From an uncultured Verrucomicrobiae bacterium (GTDB lineage Bacteria; Verrucomicrobiota; Verrucomicrobiia; Chthoniobacterales; JAFAMB01): a stretch of 64,000 nucleotides of DNA. Shown piece by piece: positions 40,342-50,018 of the stretch. Made by a program: the position numbers and the translations under genes. The stretch is taken from NCBI GenBank assembly GCA_963813025.1, contig CAWEXO010000001.1, positions 1 through 64,000 of the forward strand. Direction: 5' to 3'. Position 1 is the stretch's first letter, and each line of letters starts with the position of its first letter. The notes beneath the pieces are model-generated. The model saw nothing but the letters and a program-made list of their open reading frames with translations, did not search any database and had not been told where the DNA came from.

Positions 40342-43257
40342 ATGCGCAAATCAATGGTCAGATCCTGGGCCTTCCTCACCATTCTTTGTTTCGCGCTTGA
40401 AGCTGTTGCGGCGCTTTGCGCGGAAGTTCCTCCGGGACCGAAGTGGATTCAGACAGCCGTGTTTTATCAGGTCTATCCCCAAAGCTATTTCGATTCTAAC
40501 GGCGACGGAATAGGTGACTTGCCTGGTATTACGGCAAAGCTTGATTACATACAGTCGGTCGGCTGCAACGCAATTTGGATCAATCCGATCTATGAGTCGC
40601 CGTTCGGCGACGCGGGTTATGACGTAGCCGATTTTTATAATGTCGCTCCTCGCTACGGCACGAACGAAGATTTAAAAAATCTCTGCGCCGAGGCCCACAA
40701 GCGTGGCATGCACGTGTGCCTGGACCTCGTGGCCGGACATACATCAACCGCGCATCCATGGTTTCAACAATCCGCTCTCGACCGGCCTACCCACTACTCG
40801 AACTGGTATATCTGGACACCAGCAGGCGAGAATGTTCCTGGTTCCCAACCGTTTCCCGGCGAGCATAATCGTTCGGATCGTTACTTACCGAACTTCTTTC
40901 CATTTCAACCGGCCCTGAACTACGGCTATGCCCGGCCCGATCCGAACGAGCCTTGGCAACTTCCGATCACTAATCCCGCCTGTGTCTCAGTGCGCGAGGA
41001 ACTCAAAAATGTAATGAAATTCTGGTTGGACCTGGGTGCTGATGGGTTTCGCGTCGATATGGCTTCCTCGCTCATCCGCAACGATTCCGACCATGAAGGG
41101 GTCAGCGCTCTCTGGCGCTACTATCGGTCCTGGCTGGACAAAGAGTATCCCGAAGCTGTCCTCATCTCCGAATGGAGCGACCCTGCTGTCGCTATTCCTG
41201 CCGGCTTCCATATCGATTTCATGATCCAATTTGGCGAGCCGGCATATGGAACACTGCTCGGTCCCTACTCGTGGCCTAATGGTTATGCCCGCGAGCCGCA
41301 CGCCTTTTTCGAGCGCGCAGGCGGTGGCGACATCAAGGCTTTTGTCGACAACTACCTCATGCACTATACCGCGACCAAATCTCGCGGTTATATCTCATTG
41401 CCGACGGGCAATCATGACATGCCGCGCCCGACCTGCGGACGGGACGAACCGGAGGTTCGCACGATTTTTGCGATGCTGCTGACGATGCCTGGAGTCCCTT
41501 TCATTTATTACGGCGACGAGATCGGAATGGACTATATTTATCCGACGCCTGACAAGGAAGGCGGCACCATCGGACCACTGCAGCGCTGCGGTTCCCGAAC
41601 TCCAATGCAGTGGTCCAAAGAAAAGAACGCGGGATTTTCGACTGCACCAGTTGAGAAACTTTACCTTCCGATTGATCCGTCTCCGTCACGACCGGACGTC
41701 GCGACTGAGGAGAAAGATCCGGCATCCATGCTGAACTTTACCCGTGCATTGTTGAAGTTGCGTCGAGACCATCCTGCACTGGCAAACACCGCAGATTTTC
41801 AGCGGGCCTATGCGGAAAAAAACAAGTGCCCATTCATTTATCTTCGTACGGCCGGTAGCGAGCAAATTCTCGTGTCCGTTAATCCTGCTGATCGGTTCTG
41901 CTCGGTCACGCTGGACAGGTTGAATGATGCTACTCCATTACTCGTCCAAGGCGCCGTCCTTCAGAGCGGCCGCTTGGACATGGACCCCGTCTCGTTCGGC
42001 ATCTTCGCAGTCCATACCCAGGACGTTGCTCCAGGGCTCAGCGCCCTTAAGGTCGATGCTTCACGCGATTTTGCTAAGGGTGCAACCGTCCGGTTTATCG
42101 GTGACGGAAGACGTTGGACCAGACAAATTGCAGAGGAGTGGGCCGAGAGGACTGGCAACACCCTCGAATATAGTATTAACCCAGCCTACGCGATGCTCCA
42201 GCAGTATCAACAGTATTGGGCGGCAAAAAGTGGGGATGTGGACGTGTACGCAGTCGCCGATACCTGGCAGGGAATTGCGGCCCCGCACGCCGTTGATTTA
42301 AAGAAATATTTCAAAGACGACCAAACCAAAGAGTTTTTTTCGCGCAGCATTGAGAATAACACAATAGACGGCCGCCTAGTTTCGATACCATGGTTTTCCG
42401 AAGCAGGGCTCCTCTACTATCGAACCGATCTATTAGAAAAGTATGGGTACAAAGCCCCACCGAGGACTTGGGAAGAACTCACTGAAATGGCGAACAGGAT
42501 CCAGGAGGGCGAACGTGCTGCCGGGAGGCCAGATTTTCAGGGCTTTGTTTTTGAAGGAAAAGCCAGCGAAAGCCTGACCTGCAATGCGCTTGAATGGATC
42601 TACAGCTACGGAGGTGGAACAATCATTGATCCCGACAAAAAGGTTACGATCAACAATCAAAATGCTATTAGGGCGCTTGAAACTGCGAAAGGCTGGGTAG
42701 GAACCATTTCTCCGAGGGGCGTTACTACTTACAGCGACGAAGACGCTCGAAACCTCTGGCAAGTCGGTAACGCCGCCTTCATGCGCAATTGGGCGTACGC
42801 CTACGCCTTAGGCGCAGATTCAACGAGCCCGATTTCCGGGAAATTCGATGTGGCGGTTTTGCCGAAGGGCGGCGATAACGGCAAGAACGCTGCCTGCCTG
42901 GGCGGCTGGCAATTAATGGTCTCCGCATATTCGCAGGCTCCTGACGCCGCAGCTGATCTGGTTCGCTACCTCACTTCGCCCGAGATACAGAAGAAACATG
43001 CGATCGATTTGGGTCTGCTTCCAACGCTCCCCGCCCTCTACAGCGACCCCGAAGTACTACAGAAAAACGCATGGTTCAAGTGTGTGCTGGACATTGTCAC
43101 CAACGGCGTTGCTCGTCCTTCGACGGTCACCGGCGCTGATTACAGTCAGGTTTCTACCGCTCTATTCCAGAACGTCAATAAGGTACTCAACGGCGATGAA
43201 TCAGCCAAGGACGCGGTCTCTCAAATTGAGCAAGTCGCAAAGCACATCGTGCCTTAA
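40342..43257 (+). CDS. GH13 alpha-glucosidase/amylase-family enzyme fused to an ABC sugar (trehalose/maltose-type) binding protein
   Basis: Signal peptide; DSNGDGIGDLPGI, GFRVDMA, SEW, NHD, YYGDEIGM; from ~aa 575 LLYYRTDLLEKYG, FMRNWAY, LGGWQLMVS, RPS. Confidence 0.9.
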   Translation: MRKSMVRSWAFLTILCFALEAVAALCAEVPPGPKWIQTAVFYQVYPQSYFDSNGDGIGDLPGITAKLDYIQSVGCNAIWINPIYESPFGDAGYDVADFYNVAPRYGTNEDLKNLCAEAHKRGMHVCLDLVAGHTSTAHPWFQQSALDRPTHYSNWYIWTPAGENVPGSQPFPGEHNRSDRYLPNFFPFQPALNYGYARPDPNEPWQLPITNPACVSVREELKNVMKFWLDLGADGFRVDMASSLIRNDSDHEGVSALWRYYRSWLDKEYPEAVLISEWSDPAVAIPAGFHIDFMIQFGEPAYGTLLGPYSWPNGYAREPHAFFERAGGGDIKAFVDNYLMHYTATKSRGYISLPTGNHDMPRPTCGRDEPEVRTIFAMLLTMPGVPFIYYGDEIGMDYIYPTPDKEGGTIGPLQRCGSRTPMQWSKEKNAGFSTAPVEKLYLPIDPSPSRPDVATEEKDPASMLNFTRALLKLRRDHPALANTADFQRAYAEKNKCPFIYLRTAGSEQILVSVNPADRFCSVTLDRLNDATPLLVQGAVLQSGRLDMDPVSFGIFAVHTQDVAPGLSALKVDASRDFAKGATVRFIGDGRRWTRQIAEEWAERTGNTLEYSINPAYAMLQQYQQYWAAKSGDVDVYAVADTWQGIAAPHAVDLKKYFKDDQTKEFFSRSIENNTIDGRLVSIPWFSEAGLLYYRTDLLEKYGYKAPPRTWEELTEMANRIQEGERAAGRPDFQGFVFEGKASESLTCNALEWIYSYGGGTIIDPDKKVTINNQNAIRALETAKGWVGTISPRGVTTYSDEDARNLWQVGNAAFMRNWAYAYALGADSTSPISGKFDVAVLPKGGDNGKNAACLGGWQLMVSAYSQAPDAAADLVRYLTSPEIQKKHAIDLGLLPTLPALYSDPEVLQKNAWFKCVLDIVTNGVARPSTVTGADYSQVSTALFQNVNKVLNGDESAKDAVSQIEQVAKHIVP

Positions 43258-43307
43258 TCCACCTCATGCTGCACCGATTCGCCTCATAGAAGGACTACGC
43301 ACAAGCC

Positions 43308-43470
43308 TTAGCGTTCTCCGCGCTCTGTGTCCGGCCAGGCATACGCCACCACGTAGTCTCCGAGCGTGGTGCCGATCAGGGCGTGCCCACGCGCGGCCTG
43401 GATCACGATCACGTATTGCGTACCGTCCACCATGTAGGTCATCGGAGTGGTCTGGCCGAGCTGGTCGGCT
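43308..43470 (-). pseudogene. C-terminal fragment of a PQQ-dependent (glucose/quinate) dehydrogenase
   Basis: GQTTPMTYMVDGTQYV...GH...GTTLGDYVVAYA matches the Gcd-family C-terminus. Confidence 0.7.
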
Positions 43471-44025
43471 CTGACTTCGGCGCGCTGCAAAGCTTGGCCA
43501 TTGGCGTCAGATCCGGCGAAGGCGTTCTTGAACGGGGTTGCTTCCTAAGGACAGACGGCTCCGTTGCCTTAGTCAGTACTCAGGTCGCCGGTGTCCTATC
43601 CAATCGTGTCAACGTGACGTGCCAGAGGCTGAGGGCCGGGCGGCCACGGTCTTTACAGCCGGCAGATTTTTGCTTGCCACGGTCAAACGTGCCAATCCGC
43701 AGTTCGTCTTTGATGAGGTGGCACTCTCCACTTTGGCTGCTAAATCGATCACCTTCGAGCGCGCTTACGGCACTACTGGCTGGCAATGAATGAACCGCGA
43801 AGAAATACTCAGCGATCTGCCGTATGAGGAAATGAGTCTATCCCCTCCGGGGGCAACACCGCCCTCGCTCACCGGGAGGGATCTGCTCGTTTACCAAAGA
43901 GAGGTTCATTCCGTCTTTCACACCATCCCCGACTACCACGCCTCTCTCCGGTTCTTCGATCTACATCGCCCCAAGCTCAAAGACATCCTGGCCGACTGGA
44001 CCAAAAACTAAGCGCCCCAGATGTG

Positions 44026-45065
44026 TCAAAACTCAATCTCAAACCGATCTTTGGCTAGCCGCGCGTTAGCCACTGGAATGGAAATTTTCTGCGCGAGTTC
44101 TTTAATGGCTGCTTGATCCGCCTGATCGATTCTGGCTCCGAGGATTATGCGGCTAGGTTTAATACCAAAGGAATCCAAGGAGAATTTCGGTGCTTTTCGG
44201 CTGGCTGGATCCACAGAGACTAGCCGCCATTCCTTTTCGTATGTCCACTCTGGTGACTTGTTACAAGCCGCTAGAATTGGCCAGGGGTCGAGCTTGACCT
44301 CCGGCGCTGAGGACGCGGGAGCCTGATCGACATCAATTTCTGGTTTAAAGAGCGAGAAATAGTGAAAGAGCTCTTCCGTGTATCGCACCGGGTGCAGCAG
44401 TTCGAGAAGTTTTGCGCTCGACAGCATAGAGGAGCCAGAATACTCGACGCAGATTCCTTTGTGCTGGTTCCCATAGTGACTCCACCTAACAACCGAATTT
44501 GGGTTGGTTGTGAAGCAGCTCACGCAGACCAAGTTACGAAACGAGCTGAATAAATCCTGATTGTCGGCGAAAACGCTGGGGCCATAAAAGAGCGACAGGA
44601 CGCAGCCGACTAAGCTCTCAAACGCCTGCTGTTCTTGAATGCGCCATTCTCCATTTCTTTTTCCCTTAGCGACTCAAGGAATCTGGATATGGTATTTGGA
44701 TCATACCCATACTCAGGCGCAAATTTTTCCAGGACCTGCTTTTGCACTTGTTCGTATGAGGTAGATAAAGCCGAATCGTAGGGGTCATTGAAGAGGCCAG
44801 GATTGCTCAGAAATACGTATCCGTCACGGAGCTCCTCGAGTATATGTGCGAGACGTTCGAGGCTTCGGTACCGGTAAAGCGCCTTCGGGAAGTTCGAACG
44901 CTTTAGGGCCAACGCCTCGCTCTGCCCGGTTTCGCTATTGAACTTGGCGAGAGATTCAAAATAGCTATCAACCCAACTTTCCACAGAATCGAGACTGCGC
45001 TTTAGCAACCTGCTTTGCGAGTCCGATCGATCCGTGCCGTCTGGTCCAAGGCCTTTGTGGAACAT
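44026..45065 (-). pseudogene. DUF2971-domain protein, frameshift near 44620
   Basis: LYRYR...NDPYDS in 44610..45065; CFT..PNS..WSHYGNQHKGICVEY and KSPEWTYEKEWR in 44026..44532. Confidence 0.75.
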
Positions 45066-45102
45066 TTCAGGTGGAGCGAGAGCAAATTTTCGCGCCGAAA
45101 AA

Positions 45103-45150
45103 TTTACGGGTCCTCCCAGCCGAGCCGGCCTCGGTCTGAGGAGGCGAGCG
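45103..45150 (+). other. putative cos packaging site (cosQ/cosN-like)
   Basis: TTTACGGGTCCT matches the lambda cosQ context as I recall it; AGGAGGCGAGCG 24 nt later is 8/12 to lambda cosN; ~100 bp upstream of terS. Confidence 0.55.
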
Positions 45151-45247
45151 ATCGAACCTCCCGAAGAGCTAAGCTTTGGCTGAAAAAGTTGGGTCTAATT
45201 TCCGGGCTCGAAAAAGTGAGTGAAAACCGGCTATTTTGGCTCGGAAT

Positions 45248-45815
45248 ATGATTGTTCCACAGGCCGAATTGGACGGGATTGTTGTGGGAACAACTCAGCT
45301 GGCTAACGCGTTGGACGTGTCGACCAAGTACGTAGCGGACCTCACTCGGGCCGGTGTGTTGGAGCCTTTGAAGAAGCCGAACGGGACGGCGATACGTGGG
45401 CGGTACCTGTTGGTCGCCGCCGTGCAAGCTTTCAGCCGGCACATTCGCACCGAGAACCGCAGGAAGGGAAGTGGTGCGGTTCAGTGAAGCGGCGTTGCAA
45501 GCGGCCCGCTTAAGGAAGTTCCAGGCCGAAGCCATCCTGCGCACCATCGCCGCCCAGGAACGGGCTGGGAACGTTGTTCCCTTGCGCGGTGTCCGCGACA
45601 TGCTCTCGGTCATGATCCACCGCTGCCGGCAACGGCTTCTTGGCATCCCTGGCCGCTTGAGTCGTGAGTTCGGAGAGGAAGTGTCCGAGCCGGCCGAGGT
45701 GTTGTTAGAGGAAGCCCTCTCGGAACTACGCCGGCTGGACCGGGATGACTTCCTGCCTGGACGCCGGCGCAAGGAACGCAATGGCACGAGCCAAGAAACA
45801 GCCGATCTCGACTGA
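45248..45815 (+). pseudogene. terminase small subunit (Nu1-like), frameshifted
   Basis: N-terminal wHTH (TTQLANALDVSTKYVADL...GRYLLVAAVQ), then RQRLLGIPGRL in frame 45396..45815; directly upstream of terL. Confidence 0.65.
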
Positions 45816-47780
45816 CCTGGAGGAGGTGTTAGCCGGCTGGCAGGGCCGGCTAGCTGACACGCTTGGTGAAGTGGCTCGTCGGCGGTTTGCGCCTCCGCCG
45901 CGGCAAACGGTAGACCAGTGGGCTCGGGAACATCGCTATCTCCCGGAGACTGCCGCCGAACCTGGTCGATGGAACCCCATGAGGGCGCCCTATCAGAGCG
46001 GTATCATGCAGGCGTTCACGGCGCACTCGGTGCGCACCATCACCATCCAATCGGCTTCCCAGGTGGGAAAAAGCACCATCATGACCAATTGCCTCGGCTA
46101 CGTCATTGATCGGATGCCGGCGGCCTCGCTCTGGCTGATGCCATCCCTCGCTAGCGCGACGGATTTCATGAAGGAGGTGGTGCGGCCCATGTTAGAGGCA
46201 AGCCCGGCGCTCCTGGCCAAGACTCGGCGGCAGGGTCCGCCCAACTATCGGCGAATCCTTTTTGAGAACGACTACTGTGTATTCTCGGGCGGTGCGAGCG
46301 CCATCAACCTGGCGTCTCGTGCGATCAAGGTCCTGTTCTGCGACGAGATTGACAAACTCAAGTACGCGATCAAGAACGAGGGCGACCCCTTGAGCCTGAT
46401 CCTGAAACGGCTCTCGACCTATGCGGACTCCAAAGCCTTGTTTGCCAGTATGCCGACCGTAAGCGGCGGCTCGAGGATTGAGCGGCTATTCCAGGAGTCT
46501 TCCATGAGCCGGTGGTATCTGAAATGTCCGAGTGGCGAATGTCACGGCTGGCAAGAGCTGGTCTGGGAGGACTTGGATTTCAAGACCGTTTGTCTCAAGT
46601 GCCAAGCCTGCGGCCGGCTGTTCACTCAAGGCGAATGGCAACGCTCGAGCGGGGAATGGCGGGAGAGCGTTCCCAACCCGGCGCACAAGGGGTTCTTTAT
46701 CTCCGGCCTCTGTAGTCCCTGGACCGATTGGGGAGATTTGGTTAAGGAATTCCTGGCCGCTAATCGGCAAGCGCAGGTGGGCGATTTCGGATTGTTGCAA
46801 TCCTGGCGTACGGGCCGGCTCGGGATAGCGTGGGAACAGAAAGTCGAGACAACGCGGGCGCAAGATCTGTGGACGCGACGGGAAGTCTATGAATGCGATA
46901 CCTAAAGGGATTTTGTACCTGACTGCCGGCGCGGATACGCAGGCCGACCGGCTGGTCTATTTGGTTGTCGGTTGGGGAAAAGGCCGTGAATGCTGGCTCC
47001 TTGAGACCGGCGCAATCCATGGGGAGCCCCGAGAAGCGAAGGTCTGGGAGGAGCTTGCCGCGGCGACGATTGACGCTACCTGGTCTTTCCGAGACGGGGG
47101 CTTGATCAAAATCGGTCGGATGTTCGTTGACGCGGCGTTCCACTGGGAGGAGACGTTGCGTTTCGCTAAAGAACACTGGAGCGGAGGCCGGCTCTTTCCC
47201 TGTAAAGGTTTGGGAGCAGACAAGCGCAAACGGGTCGGGGGTGGTCCGATCCTGCATAGCGAGAACCGCACCAAACGCCCACCTTACGTGATGGTGGTCA
47301 ATGCCGATGTCAACGTGGCCAAGGACCAGATTGCCGGGATGCTGGCAAAGACGGAGCCAGGCACGGGCTTTATTCACATTCCGAGTGGTCCAGGTGGCAG
47401 CCCCATTTCGGGGGTTTGACCAACACGTGATCGAAGAGTTTACCGCGGAATCCTGCACGGTGCGGATGGTAAACGGGTTCAAGCAATACACCTGGCACAA
47501 GGTGGCGCATCGCTCCAACGAGCGGCTCGATTGTCTGGTGTATGCACTGGCGGCCCTGGTGCATAGCCGGCTGGACCTGGACAAGTTGCCAGGCCCGTTG
47601 ATTGAACCTTCCGCTAAGAAACAGGAAGGACAGCCTCAAGCCTCTCGTCCGACCTGGGGTGTGATCCACCGGGTCGCACTGCCAACCGATACGAACCATT
47701 GGCAGGATGCCACAACCGTGCGACCCGAGGACAAGCCGCGCTCACCGTGGGGTGTAGTGAACAAGCCGCTAGAGTGGTGA
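45781..47780 (+). pseudogene. terminase large subunit, GpA family, two frameshifts
   Basis: QWAREHR, PYQ, SASQVGKST, CDEID, EGDPL; LTAGADTQ (46889..47419); NERLDCLVYALAA (47301..47780). Confidence 0.88.
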
Positions 47781-47824
47781 GGTTCGTTGACATGATCAAC
47801 CTCGCAGGAGTAAAGCCTTCTGTA

Positions 47825-48019
47825 ATGTCTCGCGGAGGCAAACGGTCCGGAGCCGGTAGACCTTCGATTGGCTCTGGCAGCTGGCGGCTGCAGTGCACCT
47901 TACCAGCCGAGACCCTCCAGGTGTTAAAGGCAATGGAGCAGCAAAGGGGAGTCTACCGGACCAGGATCTGTCGCGAGATTTTGTGCCGGCATCTGATCGG
48001 CAGAGCGTTCTATGAATAG
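47825..48019 (+). CDS. small DNA-binding protein (GGxRxGAGRP plus RHH-like)
   Basis: MSRGGKRSGAGRPSIG...; paralogous to 48201..48392. Confidence 0.5.
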   Translation: MSRGGKRSGAGRPSIGSGSWRLQCTLPAETLQVLKAMEQQRGVYRTRICREILCRHLIGRAFYE

Positions 48020-48200
48020 CAGCTGACAAAGAGGAAAGAAAGCTCATGCGCCGAAAACAAGTCTGATCCCCTGGAGCGCTATCGTGCAATCGCGCGATGA
48101 GCTCGAGGCTGTGAGGACAGAAGCCAAGGAGCTGGGAGTGCCCCCCGAGGTATTGGTGAAGGTGATCGCGCGCCGATACTGGCGGGCCAGGGGGCTGAAA

Positions 48201-48392
48201 CTACTTCCGTACGACACCCCCGATGAGCTGCTCGGATAGAATCCGCCGGGCGAGCTCGGTATGATAAAGGCCGGTAGCCTTCTCCTGTTGTTCCAAGGCA
48301 TCCCATAACGCCTGGGATACCACGCATTCAACGCGGTGAGTGCCGATGGCTGGGCGACCGCGCTGGCGAGTAGAGGTGGGCTGCTCTGGCAT
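48201..48392 (-). CDS. small RHH-like protein, paralog of 47825..48019
   Basis: RGRPAIG...GLYHTELARRILSEQLIG. Confidence 0.5.
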   Translation of the reverse strand: MPEQPTSTRQRGRPAIGTHRVECVVSQALWDALEQQEKATGLYHTELARRILSEQLIGGVVRK

Positions 48393-48495
48393 GCTTCTGC
48401 ATGTTTATCAGAATTGGAGAGGCTAGGTCAAAGGACTCAAGTGACCAGTCCATTCATAGCGGCAAAGAACTTAACCGGATTCGGAGGACGAAGCG

Positions 48496-49497
48496 CTAGG
48501 TCGGCGAAGACTGTTGCGGCACCGGCTGCGGCTTCTGCGGCTGCACTGGCTGCTGTGGCGGCTGCTGCGGTGGTAGTCCGAGCATCATAGGGACGCCTGC
48601 GGCCTGAGGGAGATGAAGGTTGATGAAACGGCTGCCGATCTGGTTTTCGATAAGCGAAACCGCTGCGGTCATCGAGAAAGTGATGTTGTAACAATGATGA
48701 ACGCTTAAGACCGCGTCTTGTAGCTTTTCGTTTCCTTTTGCTTCCAACGCCTCGATCCTGAGACCCAGACCTCGCGCTTGGTCAATGGTGATATGGCGAC
48801 CGTGGCTCAAAGTCTGGGCGTGGGAGCCAAGTGCGGAAACCACCTTTCTAGCCATGGCTTGCCGGTTCTTTTGGGGTGCGAACATGCCAGTGACAAGCCA
48901 TGATTTCACCATCGTTTCGGACAGTTTGATGGCTTTCTCACACGCTCCAATTAAGGTGGGCGAATATTTTTGCAAGATTGGTATCCATGCCTGCGCCTCT
49001 TTGGGAGAGTCTTTGCACAGAGTGGTAATCCTTTTGAATTCCTCTAAAATAGCGTGCGCTGGGCCGCCGCCGACCTGAGGATCGATCGGACCAAGATTAG
49101 AATGGAGCCCCATAACGATGCTCTTACAAGCCAGAGCGATCATCGTCCCTGCCGACATCGCAAGATGCGGTACGATTGCGCGGATATCGCCTTTAAAGGT
49201 GTTGCGCAAGTAAAAGACAATCTGCTCGGTAGCATTTATTTCGCCGCCAGGAGTATGCAGGATGAGATCTAGGCCTTTGGACTTATCCAGTTTGTTGACT
49301 GCGGTCATAAGTCCAGGCATTACCGCATCGGAAATGTAAAAGTGAGGAGATTTAATCCCCAACTTCTGCCAGCCGGAATAGAATGCTATGACGTTTCGGT
49401 CGGTAAGCGCGCTGAGCTGCTGTAAATATTTCAGCCTGATCCCATCAAGGTTTGGACCCTGGGTAACCTCGTTGAGAATTTCCGACCAATTGGCCAC
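48496..49497 (-). CDS. ClpP-class serine protease (SDH_sah / S49-like)
   Basis: LDLILHTPGG, AMSAGTMIAL (catalytic Ser), LGPIDPQ, SHGRHI; Pro/Gln-rich tail. Confidence 0.88.
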   Translation of the reverse strand: MANWSEILNEVTQGPNLDGIRLKYLQQLSALTDRNVIAFYSGWQKLGIKSPHFYISDAVMPGLMTAVNKLDKSKGLDLILHTPGGEINATEQIVFYLRNTFKGDIRAIVPHLAMSAGTMIALACKSIVMGLHSNLGPIDPQVGGGPAHAILEEFKRITTLCKDSPKEAQAWIPILQKYSPTLIGACEKAIKLSETMVKSWLVTGMFAPQKNRQAMARKVVSALGSHAQTLSHGRHITIDQARGLGLRIEALEAKGNEKLQDAVLSVHHCYNITFSMTAAVSLIENQIGSRFINLHLPQAAGVPMMLGLPPQQPPQQPVQPQKPQPVPQQSSPT

Positions 49498-49516
49498 CGA
49501 AAGGCCCTGTCTTAGC

Positions 49517-49696
49517 CTATGATGGCTGCTTTACTGCTTGGGTTGAGTCACTCAGAATGGTAGGAATCACCGGCTCGTTGTCGACGAGTTCGCCGAAAAC
49601 CACGTCCTCGTCAGACTCGACTATGGTGCCGAAATCCGAGGCGGATTCAGAAAGATCAAAGGCCGTTCCGCTAGTGAGTTCTTCTAGTAGGTTCAT
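49517..49696 (-). CDS. 59-aa acidic peptide upstream of the protease (below the ORF-track cutoff)
   Basis: GGAGAG SD, ATG at 49696, MNLLEELTSGTAFDLSESASDFGTIVESDEDVVFGELVDNEPVIPTILSDSTQAVKQPS*; stop 19 nt before the protease start. Confidence 0.55.
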   Translation of the reverse strand: MNLLEELTSGTAFDLSESASDFGTIVESDEDVVFGELVDNEPVIPTILSDSTQAVKQPS

Positions 49697-49828
49697 TTCT
49701 CTCCAAAGTATTACTTACGGATCGGTTGAACGCCAATCAAGCAAAAGAGCTTAAAAAGTAAGATCTTGGAACACGTTCGGGCGTTTATGTGTAGGAGCAG
49801 TGTGTAGTACCATCTTTTATAAGTCGCT

Positions 49829-49901
<73 letters not shown>

Positions 49902-50018
49902 TTTTCCAGGAAGAAATGCGCGCGCTCACCGACAGAAGCGCGTCTCTTTGTATACCGGGAAAAGAATGAGGGCAACCGTGGGCAACGTCCGGAAGTTCCG
50001 CGGCATTTGCCCGGAGTT

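Noticed and set aside
34256..47780. Programmed ribosomal frameshifting in the island genes
   Set aside because: No consistent slippery heptamer or stimulatory structure; the breaks are scattered over many genes, which fits decay or read error.
48496..49497. Protease as a lambda gpC-like prohead protease
   Set aside because: It is on the opposite strand to terL, has no portal or capsid neighbours, and its motifs fit the SDH_sah type.
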